The translations under genes were made by a program, and so were the position numbers. A stretch of 64,000 nucleotides of DNA, from the NCBI GenBank assembly GCA_964447605.1, contig CAYUTA010000009.1:1314-65313 (forward strand). The letters are read 5' to 3'. This stretch comes from an uncultured Oscillospiraceae bacterium (GTDB lineage: Bacteria > Bacillota > Clostridia > Christensenellales > CAG-138). The notes beneath the pieces are model-generated. The model made no database searches, was not told the origin of the DNA, and was given only the letters and a program-made list of their open reading frames with translations. Below are positions 18,047 to 26,825 of the stretch, in pieces (the first letter of the stretch is position 1; each line of letters opens with the position of its first letter).

Positions 18047-19231
18047 ATGAAACTCGGGATTCTTGGGGGTACGTTCAACCCCATTCATAACGCGCACGTA
18101 CAGATGGCTGAAATTGCGAGGGATGCGCTCGGCCTCGACCGCGTGCTGCTGATGGTTGCCGCCGACCCGCCGCACAAATGCGTGGACGGACAGGTTCCTG
18201 CGCAGCGGCGGCTCGCCATGACACGGCTGGCCGCAGCGGGGCTTGCGCGGATTGAGGCAAGCGATTTAGAGATGCGGCGCGGCGGGAAAAGCTATATGTC
18301 GGACACGCTTGCCACGCTGCACGCGCAGCATCCTGCGGCCCAACTATATCTGATCGTCGGCAGCGACATGCTGCTGGATTTAAAAACCTGGCATTGTCCT
18401 GAGCTTGTGGCGCAGCGCGCCGCCATTGCCGCAATCACCAGGCACGGCCGGCAAACGCATGACGAGCAGGCCGCGCAGGCGCTTGAGAGCCGCTTTGGCG
18501 CGCGCGTGCTGCTGCTCGGCGGCAACGCCGACCCGCTTTCCTCAACCGAGATTCGCGAGCGTCTGGGGGCCGGGCTGCCGGTGACGGGCATGCTTGCACC
18601 CGCCGTGGAGCGCGACTGCTATGAGCGGGGTACCTACTTCCCGCCCGATGTGCAGCGGATGCAGCGGCAGGTGCGCGCCGCCCTCACGCCCAAGCGTTAT
18701 ACCCACACAATGGGCGTGGTCCGCACCGCGGCGGCGCTTGCCGCCCAATGGGGCGTCGATCCGCGTGCCGCGCGGATTGCCGCGCTTTTGCACGACTGCG
18801 CAAAATATCTCGATCCCGTCATGCTCGAGGTGCTTGGCGGCGACGACACGGGCATTGCCTCGGTACAGCATGCATTCGCAGGCGCGGTTGTGGCAAAGAA
18901 TTTCTATGGCGTGCGGGACGAGGCCATTTTGCGCGCAATCCGCCTGCACAGCACGGGCGATGCGAACATGTCCATGCTCGACAAAGTGACCTATCTGGCC
19001 GACCTGACGGAGCCGAACCGCAGCTTCCCCTGCGTGGATGCGATGCGCGGATTTTTGCCGCTGGGCGCGGACTATGCGATGTACCGGTCGCTTTTGCGTA
19101 CCCGGTCCTATGTGGAGCAAATGCGCGGACAGGGCGGCAGGGATGCGTTCCATCCCGCAGGCGAACGCGCACTGACCTATTTTGAGGCGATCTGCGGCGG
19201 GCCGGAACAGGCCCCGGGCGAGGAGGCTTGA
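18047..19231 (+). CDS. nadD: Fusion protein: nicotinate-nucleotide adenylyltransferase (NadD) + HD-domain YqeK
   Basis: Trimmed to MKLGILGGTFNPIHNAHV (NadD HxGH-type motif). From about residue 205, PKRYTHTMGVVRTAAALA...LLHDCAKY is the YqeK HD domain. One continuous frame of 394 aa. Confidence 0.85.
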   Translation: MKLGILGGTFNPIHNAHVQMAEIARDALGLDRVLLMVAADPPHKCVDGQVPAQRRLAMTRLAAAGLARIEASDLEMRRGGKSYMSDTLATLHAQHPAAQLYLIVGSDMLLDLKTWHCPELVAQRAAIAAITRHGRQTHDEQAAQALESRFGARVLLLGGNADPLSSTEIRERLGAGLPVTGMLAPAVERDCYERGTYFPPDVQRMQRQVRAALTPKRYTHTMGVVRTAAALAAQWGVDPRAARIAALLHDCAKYLDPVMLEVLGGDDTGIASVQHAFAGAVVAKNFYGVRDEAILRAIRLHSTGDANMSMLDKVTYLADLTEPNRSFPCVDAMRGFLPLGADYAMYRSLLRTRSYVEQMRGQGGRDAFHPAGERALTYFEAICGGPEQAPGEEA

Positions 19232-19442
19232 ACGGCGCGGATACTCCCCGTTTCCCAACGATTCAGGCCCCAGCTAAGCTTTGTGCAGGCAGAATGTTTT
19301 TTGTCGGTTCAAGGAGTAAAACCAAAGGCATAGCAGAGCTGTTTCGGGGGTCAGCGACGCCGAAATGCCGAGAAAGAATCCTGGTCTGCGCGTTTGTGAA
19401 ACACACCCCGGTAGATTTAAAATCAGAAATGGAGGCAAGAGA

Positions 19443-19814
19443 TTGAGCGAAGCAATCAAAAAGCAGGTGGATCAAATCTGCGAGGTTCTATACGACAAAA
19501 AAGCGCTGGATATCGTCGCTATCCACGTTGCGGACAAGACCGTGGTGGCCGACTGGTTCATCATCGCAAGCGGCCGCGTCCCCGCCCAGGTCAAGGCGCT
19601 GTGCGACGAACTGGAGGAAAAGGCCTCCTCATTCGGCCTGGCGCTGCGCCGCAGGGAGGGCTATGCGGAGGGACGCTGGATCGTGCTTGATTACGCGGAT
19701 ATCCTCGTGCATCTGTTCTACCCCGAGGAACGGCAGTATTACAACATGGAGCGGCTTTGGGACGAGCACAGCGGCGCCGTCCGTTATTCCGATCTGCGCG
19801 ACGCAAGGGCGTAG
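19443..19814 (+). CDS. rsfS: Ribosome silencing factor RsfS
   Basis: TTG start 7 nt after GGAGG. DIVAIHVADKTVVADWFIIASGRVPAQVKALCDELEE...WIVLDYADILVHLF is canonical RsfS. Confidence 0.88.
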   Translation: MSEAIKKQVDQICEVLYDKKALDIVAIHVADKTVVADWFIIASGRVPAQVKALCDELEEKASSFGLALRRREGYAEGRWIVLDYADILVHLFYPEERQYYNMERLWDEHSGAVRYSDLRDARA

Positions 19815-20142
19815 GCCCCGTAATCCGTCAAAAAGCGGGTTTGTCGGGAACGCGCCGCGGCGCGGATTTTGCATGCAATAGCAAGCCGGCAAACGGCGCG
19901 GCCGTTTCGTTGAAAAAACAATATTTTTCCGTGGACTCGCGGCCTTTCGCGTCGGCGTGTCGGACGTGCAGGCCGTCCTTGCCTCACGATGAAAGCCTTC
20001 TTTTCCGGGCCTCTGCCGACAGGTCCGGAAAGTTTGTGTCGTTTGCCTTTTCCTCCCGTATGTCTGCGTTGCGGATTGCAAAGGCGCGCATTGCGCAGTC
20101 ACGCGGCCGTCCGGGACTGACGGCCGCCTCTCCGCGATCCCG

Positions 20143-21468
20143 TCAGTTTGTTGTCAGCGCAAATTCACCCGTTGCAATGCTCCCGGCCGGCTCAGGCTCC
20201 GAAAGACCGTCCGAAAGGAAGAATACGCTCCAGCCAACAGCCGCCGAACGGCTGTTTTCGCCGATGATAAGATTGCGTTCCACACCGACATCGTCCGTGC
20301 CGCGTCCGCTGATACGAAACGCCGTTGCCGCTTGCGGAAAGCAAGGCACGCGTTGCTGGTTTGCCCGTACCGTGAGGCCGTCAAGCGTGAACTGCGCGTC
20401 ATTTTGGAGCAGAAGCACGCGGTCGTCCGTGAGATTCTCCGCAAAAAAGCGGCGGCTCTGCGCGTCGTAACGGATGCACAGCCATTCATTTTTTGCAACG
20501 ACTTCCATCGTGTCCGGCGCCCGACGCATAGCGTCCTTCCCGGCCTGCTCCGCAAGCCAAAGGCGCTCCGGCCGCATGGCGACGCCCTCCGCAACCAGAA
20601 AGAAGCCGTCGGGCACAGCGTCCGTCTCCGGGCCTGCGGACGCGGGCGTGAACGTAACCAGCCGCCTGGTTTGGCTTGTCATATCCAACTCGTCGGGCAC
20701 GGGGTAACGCTGCGTGTCGAACACGCCGTTTTCAATCGGATACAGCTTGCAGACGGCGCCCTGCGCCGCGGCTTTGACGGCATAGTAGAGCGTAATCTCT
20801 CCACTCTGCGGATTCCGCCCGCAATATGCAACGGTCAAAACTTCATTATCCAGCAAAATATCCTCATTATGCGTATAGATTTGAGCATATTCCCCCGGCG
20901 CGTCCGACACGTCGATGATGCTGTCCGCCATTGTAAATTCATAGTTTGTGCTGTCAACATATCCTTCCGTGACAAACCTTAGCTGCGTCAGAGCGCCAAT
21001 GCGCAGAAACCGCACGGTTTGGCCGGTCAGGTCAAACACAATCGCCTGCGTTTTTTCTTCGCCGGGCGCGAGGTGGATGGCCTGCACCGCCTGCTGTTGA
21101 TTGGTCACATCCCAGCCGTTTATGCCGGTGAGCAGCGGCCAGATTGTCGCCGGATTGCCGGTGGCGTTTTTTGCCGCGACCTCGACGCTGATGCGGTCGT
21201 CCTGCACAAAGAGATACCCTTTGGCAACGGCATACAGCTCCGCGCCGTCGAGCAGAACCGTTTCCACTGCGCCGGACTGACTGACCGGGCGTGCCGACGG
21301 CCCGGGCGCCGGTTCCGTCCGCTCCCGCCGTGCCGAGGATTCGGGCTGTTGGACGCCGTATGCCGCGTCTTGCGGGAGGGTTGCGCCGCAGGCGGCCGTT
21401 CCCGCCAGGCAAATCAGCGTCAGCAGAACTGCGGCGGCGCGCGTTCTTCCATTCATTGGCTTGCTCAT
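20143..21468 (-). CDS. Hypothetical lipoprotein
   Basis: Trimmed to MSKPMNGRTRAAAVLLTLICLAGTAACG (lipobox) behind GGAG. About 440 aa, no family recognised. Starts about 30 nt after the LCP gene stop. Confidence 0.5.
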   Translation of the reverse strand: MSKPMNGRTRAAAVLLTLICLAGTAACGATLPQDAAYGVQQPESSARRERTEPAPGPSARPVSQSGAVETVLLDGAELYAVAKGYLFVQDDRISVEVAAKNATGNPATIWPLLTGINGWDVTNQQQAVQAIHLAPGEEKTQAIVFDLTGQTVRFLRIGALTQLRFVTEGYVDSTNYEFTMADSIIDVSDAPGEYAQIYTHNEDILLDNEVLTVAYCGRNPQSGEITLYYAVKAAAQGAVCKLYPIENGVFDTQRYPVPDELDMTSQTRRLVTFTPASAGPETDAVPDGFFLVAEGVAMRPERLWLAEQAGKDAMRRAPDTMEVVAKNEWLCIRYDAQSRRFFAENLTDDRVLLLQNDAQFTLDGLTVRANQQRVPCFPQAATAFRISGRGTDDVGVERNLIIGENSRSAAVGWSVFFLSDGLSEPEPAGSIATGEFALTTN

Positions 21469-21498
21469 ATTCTCCGTTCTTTCGCCCTCAGTCAAGCG

Positions 21499-22560
21499 TT
21501 AGGCCTGTCCATACAGCAACGCATGCAGCTGTTCGACGGTCGGTTCCCGGTCAAAAAGGATACCGCTGCCATCCCCGCCATAGCGCCATGTGCCGGCAAA
21601 CGGCACCACCGCGGTCTGGAGAGTAACCGGCCGCGTCATCAGAGGCTCCGCCAGACGGTAGATTTCGTCGGCATCCAGGTTGGTCTCCACATGCCTGAAC
21701 GCAAAACGGATGATGCCCGGCACGGAGGAAAGCGGCTCCTGCGCCACGAATTTTTCATACATCAGCCGCAGGATCTCCTGCTGGCGCGCCGCGCGGTCAT
21801 AATCGCTCGCCTGATGGCCCGCTCCGCCGGCTGCCGTCGTGCGGTTGCGCACAAAAATAAGCGTTTGCGCACCGTTAAGGTGCACGACTCCCGGCGGATC
21901 GGTCACGGGCGGGCAGTTTTTTACAAGCGCGCTCTCGTTTTCATACTCGCTGATGCGTGCGTTGATAAAGGCAATCTCCTGCGCGTCCAGTTCCACGTCC
22001 AAACCGCCGAGCGTTTCGTCCACAAACGCGGCAAAGCCGTCGAGACCGACCGCAATATAGCTTTGAATATCGAGTGAAAAAACAGCGTTGATCGTATTGA
22101 TGAGCAACCCCGCGCCGCCGGAGCGATAGGCCGCTTTCAGCTTGTTATATTCCCCGTCCAAGCCGCCAATGGGCAGAAACGTGTCCCGCATGATGGAAAC
22201 GAGCACAACGGTGTTGTCGGCGCGGCGGAAGGAGACGAGGATGATCGTATCCGCATTGCCGCCGGCCAGCGTGCCGTGCGCCGCGCGGCTGTCCGTGCCC
22301 ACAAGCAGCACGTTGGTCACATCGCCGTGAATCGGCTTCACCCGGCGGATGGGAACCGCCCCCGTTTCGTCCTGCCGCGCCGCGGAAAACTCCTGTACGG
22401 GCGCCTGCACGGCGGCAAACGCCGCCGCCGCGTGTTCCGCGGCGGCCCTGCCGCACCCGGTTAAAAGCGGCGCGCAAAGGGCCAGCAGCAACGCGGCCGC
22501 CCTCGTGGCTGCGGCTGCGGCCGCAGACCCATACAATTTGTTCCTGTCACAATCCATCAT
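21499..22560 (-). CDS. LCP (LytR-CpsA-Psr) family cell-wall glycopolymer transferase
   Basis: NVLLVGTDSRA...NADTIILVSFRRADNTVVLVSIMRDTF...INTINAVFSLDIQSYIAVGLDGFAAFVD is the LCP core. Start set at the ATG ATG at 22560/22557, because upstream codons of the track ORF fall inside a repeat element. Confidence 0.8.
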   Translation of the reverse strand: MMDCDRNKLYGSAAAAAATRAAALLLALCAPLLTGCGRAAAEHAAAAFAAVQAPVQEFSAARQDETGAVPIRRVKPIHGDVTNVLLVGTDSRAAHGTLAGGNADTIILVSFRRADNTVVLVSIMRDTFLPIGGLDGEYNKLKAAYRSGGAGLLINTINAVFSLDIQSYIAVGLDGFAAFVDETLGGLDVELDAQEIAFINARISEYENESALVKNCPPVTDPPGVVHLNGAQTLIFVRNRTTAAGGAGHQASDYDRAARQQEILRLMYEKFVAQEPLSSVPGIIRFAFRHVETNLDADEIYRLAEPLMTRPVTLQTAVVPFAGTWRYGGDGSGILFDREPTVEQLHALLYGQA

Positions 22561-22564
22561 ATGG

Positions 22565-22699
22565 ATTATAGCATAATCCGGCAGGAATTTGCTATCATGT
22601 GCCATCGTTTTCGGTTGCCGTCCACAGACGGCGGGAAAACGGGCGGCTTCCAATCCTGCGGGGCATATCATACCCGCGCTGCGTGGGGTATGATAGCAT
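22565..22699. repeat. 135-nt palindromic intergenic repeat, copy 1 (MITE-/Correia-like element or structured RNA)
   Basis: Aligns end to end with 39281-39413. The 63-nt core 22599-22661 is identical to 39316-39378 except for one base. Long imperfect hairpin. TGCTATCAT / TGCTATAAT boxes at both ends on the minus strand. Confidence 0.8.
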
Positions 22700-23106
22700 G
22701 ATTGGCGTGGATTCGATTATACTGCGGCGGTTTTGCAATTTAGTTCACAAAGCGCGTCGGTTCCGTTAGAAGGTTTCGCAAGTCACGGCGGCCAGAGCAG
22801 GCAACGGAGTACGCCGCCTTGCAAATACGCCCCGCACGCGCCGCTCCATTGCGCGCCTGTCCAAATAAAGCGCCATGTTGAGGGTCAGAAGTCTGTCGGT
22901 GGAGGGCTGTTCATGGGCTGACTTGCTCCTTTGTATAAAGCCGGAATGGATCTATCCTTTTTAAAGAAATCTCTTTGTCTTAACCATACAAGAACATATG
23001 GGTTCCGTCAACAGATTTCTCCACATGTGAACAAAGCCTTTACATTGATCTCCGATTTTGAATGTGGCCAAGCATCGCTGCTGCGCGTGCTTCATTGCGG
23101 TTAAGA

Positions 23107-23135
23107 TTGCACTGCGGGCCGAATCATAGTAAAAT
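23107..23135 (+). promoter_or_regulatory. Putative sigma-A promoter of the methyltransferase operon
   Basis: TTGCAC (23107-23112), 17 nt, TAAAAT (23130-23135), about 35 nt before the ATG at 23171. GAGG RBS. Confidence 0.5.
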
Positions 23136-23170
23136 GGATATGATTATATAGGATTCGGCGAGGTACCGGC

Positions 23171-24658
23171 ATGATTCTCATAGGCGAAAAGCTCAACGGC
23201 TCTATCCAGGCGGTCGGCGCGGCCATTGCAGCGCGCGACGAGGCATTTTTGCGCGAGCGTGTGCGGATGCAGGCGGAGGCGGGCGCGGACTTTATCGACG
23301 TGTGTGTTTCCGTTGACGTGTCCATTGAAGTCGATACATTTGAATGGGTAATTGAGCTGGCACAGTCCGTGACCGACATTCCGCTCTGTCTGGACAGCCC
23401 AAACCCCGACGCGCTGGTGCGCGCCATGTCGTTTTGCGTTAGGCCTGGGCTCATCAATTCCATATCGCTTGAAGGCGGCAAGCTTGAAACGATCCTCCCG
23501 GCCATCGCGGGCACCGGCTGGCAGTGCGTGGCTCTGCTTTGCGACGACCGTGGCATCCCGGAGACCGTCGCGCGCAGGCTCGAGGTGCTCGACATCATCA
23601 TGCGCCGTGCGGAGGAATTCGGTATCGCGCAGGAGCGGCTGTATATCGACCCGCTCGTGATGGCGCTCTCCGCCGACGCAAACGCCCAGCTCGTGTTTTC
23701 CGAATGCGCGCGCATCATCCGCGGCCGCTATCCCGGCGTGCATATCACGAGCGGGCTCTCCAATATTTCCTTCGGTCTGCCGCAGCGCCGCTCCGTTAAC
23801 CAGGCCTTTCTGGCGCTCGCCATGCAGGCGGGCATGGACAGCGCCATCCTCGACCCGTGCGACCGCGATATGCGCGCGTTGATCCATGCCGTCGACGCGT
23901 TGCTTGGCCTGGATGAAAGCGGGATTGGTTACATCGCTTACGTCGGCGGCCAAAAAAAAGTCCCCGGCGCGGAGGCGCGGACGGATGCCGCACCCGCCTG
24001 CAAAGACCCGTCCGAACAGGCCGTGTCCGCCGTTTTTAAGGCGGTCGAGCAAGGCGGTGTCAAGGAGATTGAATCCATTGTTGCGGAAGCAGTCGCGTCC
24101 GGGGCGGATGCAAGCGCAATCTTGAACGACGGTATGATCGCGGCCATGACCGCCATTGGCGGACGTTTCAGCAGCGGAGAGATCTTTATGCCGGAGATGC
24201 TCGTTGCCGCGCGCACCATGAAAAAAGGCGTCGCCGCACTCAAGCCGCACCTTGCTTCAGGCGCGTCCGGCGCTTATGGAACGGTGATCCTCGGCACCGT
24301 GGCCGGTGATTTACACGATATTGGCAAGAATCTAGTAGGCATCATGATTGAGAGCGCCGGGTTCGAGCTGATCGACCTCGGCGTGGACGTTCCGCCGGAA
24401 GCGTTCGCCGACGCGGTGCGCGAAAATCCCGATGTGCGTATCGTAGGACTTTCTTCGCTGCTGACCACCTCCATGCCCGCCATGCGCGAAACCGTGCGGG
24501 TTCTCTCCGGGTTGGATTGCCGCCCGGCATTCCATATCATGGTCGGCGGCGCGCCGGTAACCGAGGCTTTCGCGCGTGAAATCGGTGCGGACGCCTACGC
24601 GGCCGATGCGGCTTCCGCCGCGCTGAAGGCCCGAGCGCTCGTTTCCCGGTCGACTTAA
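23171..24658 (+). CDS. Methyltetrahydrofolate:corrinoid methyltransferase fused to a cobalamin-binding domain (MetH-like pterin + B12 modules only)
   Basis: 495 aa. Pterin-binding barrel motifs (GADFIDVC, LDSPNPDAL, INSISLE). B12-cap, then DxHxxG...SxL...GG (GDLHDIGKNLV, SSLLTTSM, VGGAPV). No homocysteine-binding or AdoMet activation domain. Confidence 0.85.
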   Translation: MILIGEKLNGSIQAVGAAIAARDEAFLRERVRMQAEAGADFIDVCVSVDVSIEVDTFEWVIELAQSVTDIPLCLDSPNPDALVRAMSFCVRPGLINSISLEGGKLETILPAIAGTGWQCVALLCDDRGIPETVARRLEVLDIIMRRAEEFGIAQERLYIDPLVMALSADANAQLVFSECARIIRGRYPGVHITSGLSNISFGLPQRRSVNQAFLALAMQAGMDSAILDPCDRDMRALIHAVDALLGLDESGIGYIAYVGGQKKVPGAEARTDAAPACKDPSEQAVSAVFKAVEQGGVKEIESIVAEAVASGADASAILNDGMIAAMTAIGGRFSSGEIFMPEMLVAARTMKKGVAALKPHLASGASGAYGTVILGTVAGDLHDIGKNLVGIMIESAGFELIDLGVDVPPEAFADAVRENPDVRIVGLSSLLTTSMPAMRETVRVLSGLDCRPAFHIMVGGAPVTEAFAREIGADAYAADAASAALKARALVSRST

Positions 24659-25012
24659 CCGCGACGCAGGCCATACCGGCTGAATCGGCCCGTATTCCGA
24701 CCGGGGACAACGCAGCTATGGCGCAGTTTACGCGTCCTTTAAACAGTGGTTCGGATTTGCCCGGTATGCTTGACAACAGCATGGAAAGGCGGGATACGGC
24801 AATATGCCCACAAAACACACGCTTCTCATGAGCGCCGCGCTGGAACCGCATATTTTTTCGGAGGGCAGCGCTACGCCGGATCGAAGCACGCTGGAAAGAC
24901 CGGCTGTGCTTGCATGTGGCACGGGGCACATTCGACTGGCGTCGCGCCCGGATTTTCAGCGGCGGTTTATGGAAGCGCCGGCGTTTGGGCAGTCCTGTCC
25001 CGGGGGCGGCGC

Positions 25013-25546
25013 ATGAGTACGGACTGGATTAAAAACGCGCTGACCGCCGGATTTTCTCACGCGGCCGCGCTGGATATTTCCACGCTTACCCCGCGGCGGC
25101 AGGTGCGCGACATGTGTGCGGCCGACCGCTGCAACATGTTTGGAAAATGCTGGACATGCCCGCCTGCATGCGGTACATTGGAGACGTGCGGCGCATGCAT
25201 ACGGCGTTTTTCCACAGGTCTGCTCGTACAGTCCGTGTCCGCGCTTGCGGACGCGTTCGATTACCCCGGCATGCTTTTTGCAGAGCAGCGGCACCAGGAG
25301 GCGTTTCTGGCCTTTTATGGGCGGCTTTGCGGCGCTTTTGGCGCCGTACTTGCCCTCGGCGCCGGCGGCTGCCGCGTCTGCACGGCCTGCACATATCCGG
25401 ACATGCCCTGTCGGTTCCCGAAGCGGGCTGTATCATCGATGGAGGCCTATGGCCTGCTGGTCAGCGACGTTTGCCTTGCAAACGGGCTGGAGTATTACCA
25501 CGGGGCCGGTACGATATCGTATACCGGCTGCTATCTGTTATCTTAA
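25013..25546 (+). CDS. DUF2284 family metal-binding (Cys-rich) protein
   Basis: Trimmed to MSTDWIKNAL.... CAADRCNMFGKCWTCPPACG plus a later GGCRVCTACTYPDMPC is the DUF2284 pattern. 177 aa. Confidence 0.75.
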   Translation: MSTDWIKNALTAGFSHAAALDISTLTPRRQVRDMCAADRCNMFGKCWTCPPACGTLETCGACIRRFSTGLLVQSVSALADAFDYPGMLFAEQRHQEAFLAFYGRLCGAFGAVLALGAGGCRVCTACTYPDMPCRFPKRAVSSMEAYGLLVSDVCLANGLEYYHGAGTISYTGCYLLS

Positions 25547-25561
25547 GGAGGAATCTGTATC

Positions 25562-25807
25562 ATGCACGATGGACACGCGCACACCCCTACGGTTTCATCC
25601 GCAGGCGGCTCCGCCAGCAAGGCGGAAACGCTGGCAGTGCTGCAATTCATGCTGGCCCACAACCAGCACCACGCCGGGGAACTGGACGGGCTCTCCGCGC
25701 AGTTGACGGCGCTCGGCCTTAATAGCCAGGCGCACGAGCTGCTACACTGTAAACAGGCCTATGAACTGGCCAACGACCGGCTCGAAAAGCTGCTGGCCAC
25801 CTTATAA
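25562..25807 (+). CDS. Small His-rich helical protein (possible metallochaperone)
   Basis: 81 aa. AAGGAGG RBS. 8 His and 1 Cys (MHDGHAHTP, LAHNQHHAGE, AHELLHC). Predicted coiled helical body. No family recognised. Confidence 0.5.
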   Translation: MHDGHAHTPTVSSAGGSASKAETLAVLQFMLAHNQHHAGELDGLSAQLTALGLNSQAHELLHCKQAYELANDRLEKLLATL

Positions 25808-25830
25808 CATAACGGGAGGAGAAAAACGGT

Positions 25831-26019
25831 ATGTGTCTTTCAATGGTGTATGATAAAGAGCCGGCTCCGGAGCATCTGCTGATGAAGAACGTGCAGCGGA
25901 TTCAGATCGAAGGCGGAACCATAACGCTGACGGACGTCATGGAATGCACGCGGTCCATTGCCGGCTCGCTTGCATATGCCGATTTGGTCAACGGCGTGGT
26001 CGTCGTGGACGCAGAGTAA
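25831..26019 (+). CDS. cooT: CooT-family nickel-binding protein
   Basis: 62 aa. GGGAGGAG RBS. N-terminal Met-Cys (MCLSMVY), size and beta-rich body match CooT as I recall it. Confidence 0.7.
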   Translation: MCLSMVYDKEPAPEHLLMKNVQRIQIEGGTITLTDVMECTRSIAGSLAYADLVNGVVVVDAE

Positions 26020-26031
26020 GGAGCACACCGC

Positions 26032-26595
26032 TTGGCCGCGCCGAAAAACGACAATGTGAAAGCCGCGATTCTGGACGCTGCGGAGCGGCTGCTGAGCAGG
26101 CAGCCGGACGTTTCGCTTGCCGATATTGCCAGGGAAGCCGATATCAGCAAGGGAACGCTTTTTTATCATTACCGCAGCAAGACGGAAATCTATCTTGACA
26201 TCGGCGAGCGGTACTGGACGCAGCTGAGCGACGCGCTGCTAAAATGGGTGGACGACCGCAAAAAGATCACCACCCCCACCCGTCTGGTGCGCTATACCAT
26301 GCAGCGCGGCGTGTTCGACAAAAGCGGCCCGCTGCGGCTGCACCTGTTTGTGGACGCGATTTCGCGCGTTCAGGAGGGCAACGCGGTCCGCGACGCGCTC
26401 ATCCGCCAATACACGCATTTTAAAAACATTCTCAAAACCCGCATCGTTGAGCGTATGCCCGGGGCGGACGGCGAACAGCTTGCCTGGACGCTGCTGATTA
26501 TGGTTGACGGCCTGATGGTGCAGTACAGCCTGCAAAACACCGAAATCGACATCGACGCATATATCGAATGGCTTGCGAGCCAATTTGATTCATAA
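26032..26595 (+). CDS. TetR/AcrR-family transcriptional regulator
   Basis: 187 aa. TTG start after AAGGAG. HTH AAILDAAERLLSRQPDVSLADIAREADISKGTLFYHYRSK. Confidence 0.88.
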   Translation: MAAPKNDNVKAAILDAAERLLSRQPDVSLADIAREADISKGTLFYHYRSKTEIYLDIGERYWTQLSDALLKWVDDRKKITTPTRLVRYTMQRGVFDKSGPLRLHLFVDAISRVQEGNAVRDALIRQYTHFKNILKTRIVERMPGADGEQLAWTLLIMVDGLMVQYSLQNTEIDIDAYIEWLASQFDS

Positions 26596-26721
26596 CCGTC
26601 TCCGGCGGCGTGTACGCCGGAACGGATGAACGCCGAAGGATTTCTTTCCCCGCCGGTTCTTGCGCAAACGCGTGAAAACGCAGGTTTTATGCGCTTATCA
26701 TGCTGCCGGCCTTTTCTTCTG

Positions 26722-26750
26722 TTGACATATTTACAAAAAAAGGCTATTCT
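26722..26750 (+). promoter_or_regulatory. Putative sigma-A promoter of the GlpA-type operon
   Basis: TTGACA (26722-26727), 17 nt, TATTCT (26745-26750). Confidence 0.55.
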
Positions 26751-26760
26751 GATTCCATAA

Positions 26761-26778
26761 GTCGGTCGTCCGACCGAC
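26761..26778. promoter_or_regulatory. Perfect 8+8 palindrome, candidate operator (likely for the adjacent TetR)
   Basis: GTCGGTCG-TC-CGACCGAC, 10 nt downstream of the -10 box and 47 nt upstream of the ATG at 26826. Confidence 0.55.
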
Positions 26779-26825
26779 ATGCGCCGCTACACATGTTCAA
26801 ACGCTATTAAACAGGAGGAACCGGC

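Noticed and set aside
22700-23106. Possible B12, THF or SAM riboswitch upstream of the methyltransferase operon.
   Set aside because: The best promoter (23107-23135) leaves only a 5' UTR of about 30 nt, and I could not find conserved riboswitch cores. The 400-nt region remains unassigned but has no positive evidence.
24660-24800. Cobalamin-riboswitch-like fragments on the minus strand (GGGCAAATCCGAACCACTGT; AGCCGGTATGGCCTGC resembling a B12 box) next to the corrinoid-protein gene.
   Set aside because: Spacing between the elements is too short. The AAUAGGGAA region is absent and the B12-box match is poor. The orientation would point antisense into the 3' end of the methyltransferase gene. It is not supportable without a covariance-model hit.
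24804-25016. 70-aa ORF in the methyltransferase/DUF2284 spacer.
   Set aside because: No RBS, no recognisable motif and Ala/Arg/Pro-skewed composition. It ends by overlapping the DUF2284 start, so it is probably a chance ORF.
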